Positions 1 to 13,951 are shown, counted from the stretch's first letter. The stretch: DNA of 64,000 nucleotides from Eledone cirrhosa (GCA_964016885.1 OZ024741.1:112716001-112780000); one strand, 5' to 3'. Notes: generated from the letters alone by a model not told the origin. Numbers and translations are program-made.

Positions 1-1929
1 TAAAAATATAAAATTTTGTATCTTATAACCAGGGTCAGCTTCAGGTGGTTTGGCTTCAGAGTAAACCAATTTCAACTTTGTTTTTCATCTTGGAGTTGAC
101 AAATACTGCTTAATTAACCTTCTACTTTGTCATAATAGAGTCAGTTTAGCAACAATACAGGTTAATATTATTTCAATCAAAATGTTACAAAACTATGAAT
201 GATATATTTAAAAAAAAAACTAATATAACTAAACAGGAATTATTTTAATATAGAAAGAATTTATCTTTATGGTATTGATATTTCTGTTTATCATTGTTGA
301 TAAGAATAAACTATTGCATGTTGTATTTGGTAACTATATAACCGACATACAATGAATAATTTCATATAGATAACAGGGAAAAATATATTTCTAAGAAAAA
401 AGCTATATTTTGTATCATATCAAAATCCTTCTCAACTTCAATATTTTTTTCAAAATTAGCAATTGAGTGGTTTATCAATTTCTCATAGATAATGGGAAAA
501 TACTTCTAAGAAAAAAGATTCAATAATATAAAATGTCTCAAACCGCCCTTGGTTCTAGATGCATAGTTGTTTCTTTTAAAGAGTTTATATTTATCTAAAA
601 ATCTTGCATCATAATTTTGTATAAACAAAATTGTTAATTTATATTCCAAACACCATTTAATAATCAGAAGGTTAGTTATATTAATAAATCATTCTAAAGT
701 TTTGATCATTTAAAAAAATTACCTGAAAAACAAAGGCAGTGTTTTTCATTAGAAATATTGTAACATCATCATCATTTAACATCCTTCTTTCCTGTTAGTA
801 AGGGTTTGCTTGATCTTCACAGACTAAGTCAACATTCAAGTTATCGACCTTTCAGATGGTTTGGAGCTGCATCTCACATATGTGCCCATGCTCTACAAGT
901 TTTATGATGGCACCAGTACTAGGGAGATTGTCATGTCTTTGGAATAGCTTTCAAAATTCAACTATTGATTTAATCAAATTTTTAGTTTATTATTGAAAAT
1001 GAGAAAACATATTTGAAAGAAAATAGCTTTATTTAGCATTACATCAAAATCCTTGACAACTTTAATATTCAAGAGAATTTAACTATGGAGATTCATTCAC
1101 TTTACCAATATCTAATGGAATGCATGAAAAGCATATCATATAGAAGTCATAAATAAAATACTTGAAAGATAATTGTGCACCTGTTGCTGTTAAGAGTATT
1201 TTTAGCAAAGAAATTAGATATTTAACATCACTCAGTAAAAACTTGGCTGCCAACCAAAAAGCACGTAGATCTTATTCTATCTCTACTTAAAACATTATTT
1301 TTTAGTTTATTTCTATTTGATGATTTTTTCATTTATCTCCTTCATATCATCATCTCAATCTTGACCTTTTACCAGTGTGCAGTAGTCATGGGGAAAAGAT
1401 GGATAATGAATAATAATGTTTCCAAAATATAAAGCACTCTGCCAATAGCTGTTACAAATTAACAAACTAATGAAATTAAACCCCTAAGTTACTATATTTC
1501 TAATGGAAGATATTGCACAGGATTTTGAAATAATTTTGAAACTAACGAATTTCAAGGGATTTAATAATAAAAGTAACCTCATTGTCAAGGTAGTGTTTGG
1601 AGTATAACTTTAAGAAAGATTCTAACGTAAAATTATGGTGAAATATTTTTAGATAAATATAAACACTTTAAGATAACCAGTTTTGTAATGTAGAGCAAGT
1701 ATCAGTTTCTGACAGCTTGATATCAAAAAGGTTATCCCTCCACTTTCTCCCTTTCACAAAATATCGATTAATTGGCATTAAAATATTATCTATTCCCTAT
1801 ATTTAGAATGATTTGTTGTTATTTTCCTTGATTGTGCAGCTGATTAGAGCAATCATTACTAAACCTATTGGACTTTCTACAAAGTCACAATAGTAGCTTA
1901 CTGTTATCAATACATCACTAACATTCTTC

Positions 1930-2052
1930 TCCATGCTTTGCAGCATAGAGTTATGGCCCTTTACGGTCTGAGTCACAAATCTTGCCGAGGTTAAATTTGC
2001 CTTTCATCCTTAAGGGGTCAATAAAATAAAGTACTAGTAATGCACTGGGATA
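1930..2052 (+). mobile_element. Old copy of tRNA-derived SINE family A
   Basis: Contains ggtctgagtcacaaatcttgccgaggttaaatttgcctttcatccttaaggggtcaataaaataaagtac, a diverged match to the SINE at 22194-22370. Confidence 0.75.
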
Positions 2053-2852
2053 AATCGCACACCTGACAGTCATTTAAAAAATACATTGGATAATGTCATC
2101 TTGGCCAGGTCAGTCTCTGGTGTAAAGATCAGTTTTTGTGTACTGCCTGGTTTACAAATTTGCTTTGGTTGATAGTGAATTGTCCCAGAATGTTCAAGAG
2201 ATTTGTAGAAAGTCGTGGATTGATTTTGTTTGATTTCATCAAAATTGTGAAACAGAAGTTTGATAAAGTTTTAGAAAATTTGCCTGGAATATTAAATTTC
2301 TGTGAATTTTATTGCTTTTTTAATCTGTTATAAATAAAATGTTGTCAAAACGCATCTTCTTATCAATATATTATTTAACATTTTTTTTTGAAAAGTTATT
2401 TGACATATATACTAATGTTAGATTAAACTTATAATTTCTAGTTATTAAACATAATTTAGAAATCCTCAATTAAATGTCAATTGAAGTATTTTATGAGTAA
2501 AATTATTTACAATGATAATTATAATAGTTAATTGAATTGATTTACTAGCAGGCAGATTATAAGAGTTTTAGAGTATTTAAATAATTCTAGTGGTTAAATT
2601 GAACATAGTTGAATGGAGCATTATAGAAATCATAGTAGTGTTGAGATTTTAAACTCATCAAAGAAATTTATCAGATTTCTCTTAAATGTTGTTAAATTGC
2701 TGTGTATGCTCTTGTATATAAATATCCATTCAGTTTCAGTGTAAAGAGTTTTATTTAAGATTACTATTGCTCTTTCTAAGAATTAAATATATGTACTATG
2801 TTATACTTGATAAAACAATTTATTACATTCTTTTACTGGTTTCAGTCATTAT

Positions 2853-2956
2853 AATTGTTTCTACTTTTGGCACAAGGCCAGCAATTACCCAGTGTATTAC
2901 TGGTACTTTATTTTATCGACCCCATAAGGATGAAAGGCAAAGTTAACCTCGGCGGG
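2853..2956 (-). mobile_element. 5'-truncated SINE family A
   Basis: aattgtttctacttttggcacaaggccagcaattacccag...gatgaaaggcaaagttaacctcggcggg is the reverse complement of the 3' half of the SINE at 22194. Confidence 0.85.
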
Positions 2957-4092
2957 TGTCATTATAATGTGGTCTTGTTAGGGGCATGCCTTCAAGAAAT
3001 GTAGTTGGTGATATAGCTCCATGTGCTTTTTGTTTTCAAGTCTTGTACTTATTTTATTGATCACTTTTTGCAAAACCACTAAGTTCCAAGACAAACTCAG
3101 AGACATTGACACATACATCCATACATACATACAACCATATATACATACATACATACACACACATATCTGTAACTATCATCCTAATCATGATAATTTAATG
3201 TCCATTTTCTTTGGTAGCAATGATTGGATGTGATGTCACAGACCACGTCAGTAGTCTAGTAGAGCTACTGTCATCAGATGAGCTGAGGTCACTTACTTTC
3301 ACTCTTGCAATCTATTGAGTGCACTCTATCATGGTACCAACACAAGGGAGGGTGTTCTGATGCAGCAACAGAAGAGTTATTGTGACTCTGAGTTTGCCAT
3401 ATTTTCTTTGGCTGGATGCCCTTTCTACTAAATATATGATGGATGTGTACAGTTTCTGTTTGCTAAATTCCACTAATGAGGCATTAGTAAATCTAAGGCT
3501 GTATTAGAAGACATCCACGTTGCCATGTAGTGAGGTTGAGCACGAAACCATGTGGCTCTGAAGCATTACCCCTTAACCACGCAACCAGGTTTTACCTGAT
3601 GTTTATAACGTCAATATAATATTCTTCATGCTTCATTATATAATTTTACAAATCATTCTAATCAATATAAATCAATATAGATATTTCTGTAGCTATCCTC
3701 AGGCAGGTTATAGAGTACACCTTTTGTTTTCCAGTAATTTCTGGCTCCTATTTAAAGAGTCTTTTCAATGATGAATAGCATTTGGTTCCAAGGAAAAGAT
3801 AGAATGAATAAATCAATGGATGTTGTACTGAAAACTCAATATTGACATGAATTACAGAGTTCTTTGAAAAAATAAAAACTAATCAAAATTTGTGTTTTAA
3901 AGAAAGTTCATTTACGTAAAAAGAAAAAAATGAACAATAAAAAAAGAGTTTTCAGTGAAAAATTAATAAAAGTTTGATCTCCCTGGCCTTGCTGATTTTT
4001 ATGTAGCCAGCATGAAAAAATGGATATAAAATACAGATATTAGAGATGTTACCTACTAGTATTCATTTTTCTGTGTCAGCACTAAAGCTTAA

Positions 4093-4352
4093 CCCTTTTG
4101 TTACTGAATTTCAAATAATTCTGAAAATATTCAAGAATTTGGAGAGACTTAGTAATATAACTCTCTCATTGTTTGGAACATAACCTAACAAAGACTCTTA
4201 TGTAAAATTATCAAGTAAGGTTTTTAGATAAATATATAGTTATTACAAAATAAATATATAGTTATTACAAAATAAATATATAGTTATTATAAAATAAATA
4301 GTATTGTATCATAGAACCAGGGGTGATGTCAAGTGGTTTGGTATCAAAAAGA
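4093..4352. mobile_element. piggyBac-like MITE (TTAA-flanked)
   Basis: ttaa|cccttttgttac...gtatcaaaaaga|ttaa gives degenerate TIRs with TTAA on both sides. Related fragments occur at ~20-70, ~540-600, ~6600-6960 and ~42130-42170. Confidence 0.5.
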
Positions 4353-5149
4353 TTAAGTCAACTATATATATCCCAGTAATTGATTGGTACTTCATTTGAT
4401 CAATTTCAGAAGAATGAAATGCAAAGTTGATCAAAGAATGTAAAGAGCCAGGACAAATACTGCAAAATATTTTGTTTCATGCTCTAATGATTTTGTCAAT
4501 TTGATGCCTTTTTGGAAGAACCATTCTCAGTACTGGACTGCTATTTTATTTATCAAACTCAAAATGACAAACAGCAAAGTTAACCTTTTCAGGATTTGAA
4601 CTCAGAGCTCAGTGAGACAAAACACATTGCTCAGAACTTTTAATCCAATGCTCTAATGCTTCTACCAATTCGAAATTGGGTTGAACCCAAGACTATGATT
4701 GCAAAGAAAGCTTCTTAACTACCAAGCTATGCTTATGTCCAGAAGATTAGACAGTTTATGAAAAGAATCCTCAGAATTGCTTGGTTAGTTGATAATCTGT
4801 GTTGGCAAGAGTATGATAGAATATAAAAACTAAAGTTGAAAAATGGTATAGCTCTTCAGGCCTTATTTGAAACTTAATGATCAACAACAAATTGCAAGTT
4901 GCAAATCATGTGAATATTTTACCTGATGACTGCTGTAATATATCAATATTCTTGCCAAATTCTTGTTTCCCAATATAATATGTAGAGCAGTGGTGATGAC
5001 ATATTTGGATGAGAGCCAGACTAGAGATGATTTACAGTACCCAAAGATTTTTATTTTATTTTTACTTTTATTTTATTGCATTCAAATTCTGTCTTTCATA
5101 TCTTTGCTTTCATAACTGTGGTTTAGAATTTTTATACTGCATGTTTCTA

Positions 5150-5810
5150 TTTGTTTATTTTCATGAATGCTTCAATTTTACATTTCAATGTGAATAGGCT
5201 TGTGTTCTCCCTGCACAGAGACAGATTAAGTTCATTAATCTTCTGAAATATGTCTGACAAACAGCATGATTTGTGAAGCTAATTTTCTTATGATGAATTC
5301 TGCAAGATTTAAGTGCTTTTCTGATAAAAACAACATTGTCATTTTATTTTTTTAAAGTCAGGTAGTTTCAAAGTTCATTTCTTTGATAGCTGTAATCACA
5401 CTTATGTAGTCTGTAAAAGTTTGCTAAACTTGGATCTCATATTCTGTCATAGATTTGTGAATAGACCAAATAGACAGCCATTCAATGAATCATGTGTAAT
5501 TAGTGTGTACTAGAACATTCGGTTTTGTTGATCATTAAATTGGTGTACATCAGGTGAAGATATTTTTTTCTTAAATTGGACTATTCCTGGTTAGAGGCTA
5601 ACAAATTTCTTAAAAGAATTTTGTAGCCGCTAACCATGAACTATACAAAATGTAGTAAGTGCATTGCTTACAGATTTAACTTCAGCTTGATATGCTATAT
5701 ATTTTCCCATCATTGCTGCCATGCCAACAGTACCTACATCACATGAATATTCTACTCCAGATCTACTTCCATTAAAAAAATTGACAAATTTGAGGAAGAC
5801 ATCTTCATCT
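5150..5810 (-). pseudogene. Decayed hAT (Charlie/Buster-like) transposase fossil
   Basis: Minus-strand fragments CDVGTVGMAAMMGK...VSNALTTFCIVH and LSDIFQKINELNLSL resemble the Charlie-type motifs CTDGAxAMTG, THCxIH and YLSDIFxKLNELNLSLQG. Stops and frameshifts are present. Confidence 0.6.
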
Positions 5811-5822
5811 GTTTTATATTAA

Positions 5823-6043
5823 CACTTTAACATTTACATTACTCAATATTTACTATTGTAATTTCACATTAAAGGCTTTATCTCACATAATTATCTCATA
5901 TAACATTGAAGCTATGAGATTGTGATATTATTTATTTTGAGAACAATACCTTAACAACAGTATGAATGGCCAGTTACAGCTGGTTTGAACAAGAAGAGGT
6001 GAGAGAATTCTGACAGGATATAGCCGCTTTAAATGCTAAAGGG
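5823..6043. mobile_element. piggyBac-like MITE
   Basis: ttaa|cactttaacattta...taaatgctaaaggg|ttaa gives degenerate TIRs with TTAA flanks. Confidence 0.5.
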
Positions 6044-8531
6044 TTAAGTTAGTGACTGGCAAAACAGAAAATCTTTGTTTTCATACAAATCTGTAATAAT
6101 TACAAATAGTTGAGCCACTGGTTAACTGAATCCTAAATTCAATACTACCTTTAACTCTTTCATTATTGGATTTTTAATTTTGAAAGTAATGGAATAAATT
6201 TGGAGGAATGTAATAAAAATAACTAAGTTTTTCATTAGTAAGTTGATATTTAGAACATTATTTATCACAAATTTCTAGAATATGTTTATGTTGGTAGGTT
6301 TTAATATAAGTATAAACAATAAAAAATTAGTTGCTTTGGATCATAAATGCAGGGAAGAATCAGGCAGTTAAGTAATAAAACAGTTAGTTCCTTTATTACA
6401 ACATACGTTTTAAGACCATTTTCCCTGCTAAAGAAGAGGGTAGGGCTGCAAACTCCATGACAGGCTTCATACACGAAATTGGGACCGTTTTTAGGCATAG
6501 TTTTACAGCACCCCTTCCAAACAAAATGGTGAAGATTGCCTACATGGGAAGTATACCTCAAAATATCAAGATGCATTTTAATTTAGCAGGTTTCATGTTT
6601 TCATTTGCCAAATATTTATTACAAATTAACGATAATTTTGAAAATTATCGCGAATTTAGAGGGATTTAGTAATATAACTCACGTTCTGGTTGGTGTTTGG
6701 AGCATAACTTGAAGAAGGTTCTTACATAAAAGAAAGTTTTTATATAAATATAAATTCATTGATCCTTTTGATACCAAATCACCTGAAACTGTCCCAGGTT
6801 CTATGATAAAGACAATTTGCTTTAAAGTGTTTATATTTATCTAAAAATATTCTGCCATATTTTATCTAAGACACTTTGTTATGCTCCAAGCACTATCTTG
6901 ATGATGAGAAAATTAGTTATATTATTAAATCTCTCAACATTTTTACTTATCTTCAAAACCATTTGAAAATCATATGGAATATCCTTTACCTTTTCATTAC
7001 TATATTTCTAATGAATAGAAATATGGTAAAGAAAGGGAAAAGGCCATTTTCTAGCTTTGCAAACTCCTATGATATTCTTCATATTCTTTGTTGGAGTTTT
7101 ATTTGAGGTAGCTTTTTACAGCTGGATGCCCTTCCTGACAACAATTTTTAATCACCTCATACAAAATGCAGGGATATGGTTTACCTATTTCAAACCTTTA
7201 CCCACAGCTAATGTGTAGGATGATTTATTTGATAGAACAATTGTTTTTTTATAGTTAAGCAAGGACCCATTTTACCACTCACCATGGAACCTTGAAATAT
7301 GAGTGGAGCTTCTATTTTTTGTGTTGTGTATTTCACATTTTTTTTTTTTAAATTTAAAGTATCAGATAGAAGTGATATTCCAGCCTAGCTATGAGAGCAG
7401 TAACTCAGAAAAACAACTAATTTGGACTATAAGATTCTGCCTAACCCCTATAACCATGGAAAGCAGATGTAAAATTATAATGATGATGAGTCAGGAAAAA
7501 TTAGCACTATCAAGTGTAATGTTGCACAAGAGTTGATCCACACACAGACAAACATTTACACGCATGTGCACATACACTTGAACAGCACTGAGAAGATGTA
7601 CTCCGCATCTTCTCTGAAGCATTTCAACGTTGCCTCAACTTAAGATCAGCAGGGAACCAGTTCTGTTTTACAGGTGTGCACTGAAATGTATCTATAAATC
7701 AATGTCCTTCTTTGTGTTGCTGCCATTACCTCTGCTGGGACAGTTAGGTTGGCCCAGGTTTTTATCTCTTAATCAGTTTCTACACCTGGACCCAATTTTT
7801 TTTCTGTCTGAAATATCAACTTGAATGAATTGTTTTGATTTTGCAGCCATGGCTGCGAATATGTTGTTGTTTTTTTTGTTTTTTTTTGTTGGTGCTGGTG
7901 ATGTCGTTCTTCCTCTCATTGCTGGTGTTGTTATTGTTGTTTGTGTTGTTATTATGGCAGGAGCGCTGGGGAAGAGGAAATCGGCCAAAGAGAGAAGGTA
8001 TTCTTTGGCTGACTTGTGTATGCTGGGTAGCCTGAGTCTCTGGAAGGGCACCTAAACAATGGCAATCAGGAGTGATAATCATAATTTTCGAAAAGGGAGA
8101 CAAGACAGAATGTTCTAATCTACTATATAAATAGCAATTTCTGTCTGTGTATCTGTGTATAACCAGTTGGCGGCTACCCCAGTGATCCGATCCTGATGAA
8201 ACTTTACACACATGTTAAGCTCATATTCAGAAACAGGACTTACTAATTGGTTTTCAAGAAAAATGAATAGTGGAACCCCTGGGGACATCTTTACTAAGGA
8301 GGAAAGAGGAATTCATTTCAGTGAGAGAGGGGGGAAGAGGAGATACTACTACTGTATGTTAAACCCTCCCTCCCACTACTCCCCTTCCTCCTCCCACCAC
8401 TCAATGCTCCAAAACGAGGCAACAACTTATTAGAAATATACATAAAGAAATTTCAAACAAAGAAGACGACAATCAGATTTTGGTTGACGACTGAACAGAT
8501 GTCTGTATATATATATATGTATATATATGTA

Positions 8532-9817
8532 TCATCATCATCATCTTCGTTTAAGGTCCATCTTCCACACTAGCATGGGTTAGACGAGAGTTGTCCCACT
8601 TGAGGCAAGGTTGGTCGGGTGACCGTGTCTCGCTCATATAGGACTAGCTGGCAGGTTTTCTATGGTTGGATGCCCTTCCTAACACCAACCACATTTACAG
8701 TGTGGAACTGGGAACTTTTTACTGTGTTACCTGCACGACCACATTACAGTGTGGACTGTGTGTTTTTTTGTCATGACACCTACATGATCTCGATCTCATT
8801 ATCTCATTTATTTGGACTGGATGTTGTGGTACAACTTTACAGAGAGAGGGCGGTGCTGGTGGGAGTGGGAGGATAGGGTAGGGGTAGTGGATTGGGGTGT
8901 ATATTTGGTTAATAGGTGCCTACTGAATGTAGGTTTCGCTTTGTACATAGGCAAGGCAGGTCTTCTGTATTACTGCATAGCGCCAAAGATCTCGGTCCAG
9001 TGACATTGTCTTAGAGAGGTGCAAGTGTGTGAGGTCAGAATTTATCAAATCGTTCCAGGTTTTCCTGGGTCTTCCTACTCCGTAACTACCATCAATTTTG
9101 ATCGCCCTGCACTTTTTTATACAGCTGTCGTCTTTCATGCGCATCACGTGACCATAACAACATAGTCTTCTCTCAAGTAAACAGCATCTGATCCCTCTTA
9201 TTCCTAATTTCTCACTTAGTTCCTTTATGCTTTGCCGTTCACGTATATTACTATTACACATCATATGGAGCATGCAAGGTTCGTTCCTTTCCAGTCTGCG
9301 CAGGTCCTCTGCATGTAAGGCTCATGTGTCACTGCCATGTAGCATTGCTGTTCATATGCAGGCATCATACAATCTGCCTTTCATTTTTAGAGAGAAACCT
9401 TTTGTGGCCATCAGCAGTATAAGCTCTCTGAATTTTTTCCATCCTGTTCTGACTCTGGCTACTGCACTTTCAGAGCACCCTCCACCACTGTTGATTTTGT
9501 CACCCAGGTAACGGAAAGTGTCTACTATTTCTATAGAACCATCTGGGCAATAGAAGGAGCTAGTATCCTGTGGACACTTGCTACTTATTGCACCTGAGCA
9601 TTGGCCACATATAAAGTCTACGTTCTTAGATAGTTTACCTGTGATCCCACTACATCTTTTATGTACCCATACTTTGCATTTGGGACATAAAATTGAATTT
9701 ATGCCTACTCCTTTCCTACACACTGAGCATGGCCATTTCCCTGAGGGGATTTCTGCCCTATTTTCCTTTCAACAAAGTAGAACTTTAGTCTTAGACAAGT
9801 TAACTTTAAGGCCTTTT
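8532..9817 (-). mobile_element. RTE-clade LINE, 5'-truncated and frameshifted
   Basis: ORFs 9352-9723 and 8920-9273 encode the PHD-like motif, [13 protein letters not shown] and GRPRKTW. The 3' UTR ends in a (GAT)n tail at ~8532. Confidence 0.9.
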
Positions 9818-9877
9818 GGTTGGACAGAGACCGCTGGAGAGAACTCGTCCATGGATCTCATCAATTTTACCCGTCCT

Positions 9878-11640
9878 ATCATCATCATCATCATCATCAT
9901 CATTTTACGTCCGCTTTTCCCTGCTTGCAAGGGTGGGACAGGTCTTATTCAGCACAGCATCTCTCCACTCGTCACGGTCCCTCGTCATCTCCACCGTGAG
10001 CTTCAATGATCTGAGGTCTGTTCTCACCACCTCCGCCCATGTTTTTCGTGGTCTACCTCTACCACGTCTTCCTTCAACTGGCATTTCCTGGCACTTCTTC
10101 ACCCATCGATCATCTTCCATGCGCATCATATGTCCATACCACCTCAGTCTCCTCTCCCGTACACTACATTCTATCCCTCTCAGACACAGTTTCTCTCTCA
10201 ACACATTTATGCTGGGTCGTTCACGCACATTTACACTGCACATCCAACGGAGCATGCTTGCCTCATTTCTCTCCAGCCGTCGCATATCCTCTGCGGTTGC
10301 TGCCCATGTCTCACTACCATGCAGCATCGCGCTCCTCACACAGGCATCATACAACCGGCCTTTCGTACGCAGGGAGAAACCCTTCTTCGTCAACAGAGGA
10401 AGCAGCTCCCTAAACTTCTTCCAACCTGTCCTTATTCTAGATACTATGGCCTCGGAACACCCTCCTCCCATGCTAATCTGATCTCCTAGGTACTGGAAGC
10501 TATCCACCACTTCTATAGCGCCCTCTCGCATTTGAAAAATGTGTCTATCAGTGCGACTTCTACTGTCTAATTTCCCTGTACATCTACTGCATACATATTT
10601 CTCCCTACCTGTTAGTTTGCCTGCTATCCCGCTACATCTCTTGTGTACCCAGGACCTGCATTGTGTGCATTTTATAGAATTTATGCCAGTTCCTTTTCTG
10701 CATATCGAACATGGCCATTTCCCTGACGGAATCAGGGTTTTGTCCTCTTTTCTACTCATCAACACTTTTGTCTTAGCTGATGTACTCCTACTTGTATCTG
10801 GAATTCCTCACTAAACTCCATTCCTTCCCTGACTTTACTGAGAGTACCTCTGTACAAAGTTTGCACTGTCCTCACAAGCCATTCCTCAACACCTAGCTTC
10901 CTTAGGGACTACCAGATGACAGATCGGGGTACCCTATCAAAGGCCTTCTCTAGGTCAACAAAGGCTAAGTATAGTGGCTTATTCTTCTCTAAGAACCTCT
11001 CTTGCATTTGTCTCACCAAGAAGAGGGCATCTGTTGTACTCTTCCCAGGCACAAAACCAAACTGCATCTCATCTAGTTTGACCCTTTCTCTAATTAGTTG
11101 TGCAAAAATCCTTTCTGCCACTTTCATAACCTGATCTATCAGTTTTATACCCCTATAATTGCTCCTCTCCAAAGCATCCCCTTTACCTTTGTAGCAATTT
11201 ATGAGAATACTGCTGCACCAGTCTTTGGGTATGACACCACCATATATAGCCTGATTGATGATGCGTGCAACCAGTTTAGTGCCTACGTCCCCTGATGCCT
11301 TCAGCATCTCGGCAACTATTCCCGATGGTCCGGCCGCCTTACCATTTTTCATTTCCCTAATCGCCTCTTGGACCCTATATTCGTCAATCTCAATAGCTGA
11401 TCCCTCTGTCGGATCTATCAAGGGTAATTTCTCTCTCTCCCATTCGTTCTCCACATTCATCAGTCTCTCATAATGACATTTCCAGGCCTCCTTTTTCTGG
11501 TTATTCGTGACACTAAGTACACCGGCATCATCCCGGACACATTTATCTCCAACAACATCCTGATTTGCATTGACACACTGCCTTGCAATGTGGAACACCG
11601 CACGCCTCTGATCTTCCCGTCGCAGAACATTGGCAAACCA
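9878..11640 (-). mobile_element. RTE-clade LINE (family B), 5'-truncated, internal RT deletion
   Basis: Contains [17 protein letters not shown] and [18 protein letters not shown] is joined directly to AKTKVL at ~10777. The C-terminal ORF 9905-10765 ends in a (GAT)n tail. Confidence 0.92.
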
Positions 11641-11737
11641 TATATATATATATACATATATATATACATATATATTCATATATATACATATATATACATA
11701 TATATACATATATATACATATATACACATATATATAC

Positions 11738-11770
<33 letters not shown>

Positions 11771-11783
11771 CATATATATACAC

Positions 11784-11831
<48 letters not shown>

Positions 11832-12023
11832 GTATATATATATGTATATATATATATATGTATGTATATATGTATATATATGTATATATGTATATATGTA
11901 TATATATGTATATATATGTATATAGATATGTATATATATATGTATATATATATGTATATATATGTATATATATATGTATATATATATGTATATATATGTA
12001 TATATATATGTATATATATATGT

Positions 12024-12073
<50 letters not shown>

Positions 12074-12231
12074 GTATATATATATATGTATATATATGTA
12101 TATATATGTATATATATATGTATATATATGTATATATATGTATATATATATATGTATATATATGTATATATACATGTATATATATGTATATATATGTATA
12201 TACATATATATATATATATACATATATATAT
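11641..12231. repeat. Compound (TA)n/(TATACA)n/(TATATG)n microsatellite
   Basis: Read directly. It is the source of the YI-repeat pseudo-ORFs. Confidence 0.97.
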
Positions 12232-13951
12232 ATGGTCATGAAAGTAACAGAAAGAGTTATAGCACAGCTGATTAGGGACCGGGTGAATATAGACGAGATG
12301 CAATTTGGGTTTGTACCAGGGAGAGGGACCACTGATGCCCTCTTCCTTGTGAGGCAATTACAGGAAAAGTACCTAGCTAAAAGTAAGCCACTCTACTTGG
12401 CATCTGTTGACCTTGAGAAAGCCTTTGACAGAGTTCCACGTGCAGTAATCTGGTGGGCTCTTAGAAAACTAGGAGTAGATGAATGGCTTGTGAAAGCGGT
12501 ACAAGCCATGTATAGGGGAGCAGTCAGCAAAGTTAGGATTAGCAATGAGTATAGCGAGGAATTTAGCGTACAGGTTGGGGTCCACCAGGGCTCTGTTCTT
12601 AGCCCTCTCCTGTTCATCATAGTCCTGCAGGCAATAACGGAGGAGTTTAAGACCGGATGCCCATGGGAACTCCTGTATGCTGATGACCTCGCACTCATAG
12701 CTGAATTTATGGTAGAACTAGAGAATAAATTCCAAACCTGGAAGCAGGGACTAGAGAGAAAGGGCCTCAAAGTCAACATGACAAAGACTAAGGTCCTTAT
12801 AAGTAGACGAGAAAACAGAACCCAGATCCCCTCAGGAAAATGGCCTTGCTTGGTATGTAGGAAAGGTGTAGGTAGGAACTCCATTCTCTGCCCCAAATGC
12901 AAACAATGGGTACACAAGAGATGTAGCGGGATCTCAGGAAGCTTAATTAAGAATGTAGGATTCACATGCAGCAGCTGTGCTGAAACAGCAAGCAAACAGC
13001 CACAGGAAACAAGTACCACCAATCTCTGGGAGGGCCCTGTAGAAACAGTAGACAGCTTCTGCTACCTAGGTGACCGAATTAGCAGCGGAGGTGGGTGCTC
13101 AGAAAGTACAATAACTAGGGTAAGAATGGGATGGAAGAAGTTTAGGGAACTACTACCACTGCTAGCTGCAAAAGGCTTCTCCCTCAGAATGAAAGGCAGA
13201 CTGTATGATGCGTGTATCCGAACAGCGATGTTGCATGGTAGTGAGACCTGGGCGCTGAAGGTGGAAGACTTACGTAGATTAGAGAGAAACGAAGCCTGCA
13301 TGCTCCGATGGATGTGTAACAGTAATATACGTGAACGACAAAGCATAAAGGAATTGAGAGAGAGACTGAGCATAAGAGGAATCAAATGCTGCGTGCAGGA
13401 GAGGCGGTTACGCTGGTATGGACATGTGATGCGTATGAAGGATGACAGCTGCATAAAAAGGTGCAGAGCACTAGAAGTTGATGGAAACCGCGGAGTGGGG
13501 AGACCCAAGATGACTTGGGATGAGGTGATAAAAGCCGACCTTACCCAACTACACCTCTCAAAGTCAATGACACACGACCGTGACTTCTGGCGTCACGCAG
13601 TAATACAGGGTACCCGACCTCCCATGGGTACAAGCTGAAGCATATAAACAATATGCCCCCACTCCCCCCACCGCAAGGTGGTTGTGGAGGTGCCACGGCA
13701 AAAAAAGCACCCAGCCCACACTGTAAAGTGGACGTGTAGGCGCCACGGAAAAAAAGCACCCAGCACTCATTGTAAATGAGGTTGGTGTTAGGAAGGGCAT
13801 CCAGCTGTAGAAATCAAGCCAGATCAGTTCCTGTATGAGCAAGGCATGGTCAGCCGACCAGACACTGCCCACAACAGGACAACCCGTCTAACCCATGCTA
13901 GCGTGGAAGAACGGACGTAAGACGGTGATGATGATGATGATGATGATGATG
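12232..13951 (+). mobile_element. RTE-clade LINE (family A), 5'-truncated, young copy with uninterrupted RT frame 12232-13638
   Basis: Contains [39 protein letters not shown], a C4HC3 finger and [11 protein letters not shown]. The 3' UTR has an internal repeat and a (GAT)n tail. Confidence 0.95.

Noticed and set aside
5672-5808. Apparent spliced exon on the minus strand (ag...gtaagc, open frame)
   Set aside because: The peptide and its continuation match hAT Charlie-type transposase motifs, so it is a TE fossil.
7540-8450. Overlapping 90-130 aa ORFs, possible LINE ORF1 or exon
   Set aside because: Low-complexity, with no recognisable motif or convincing splice pair. Cannot support a call.
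12679-12690. CTGATGA inside RTs (also 24163-24169 minus)
   Set aside because: These are simply the codons of YADD/FADD.
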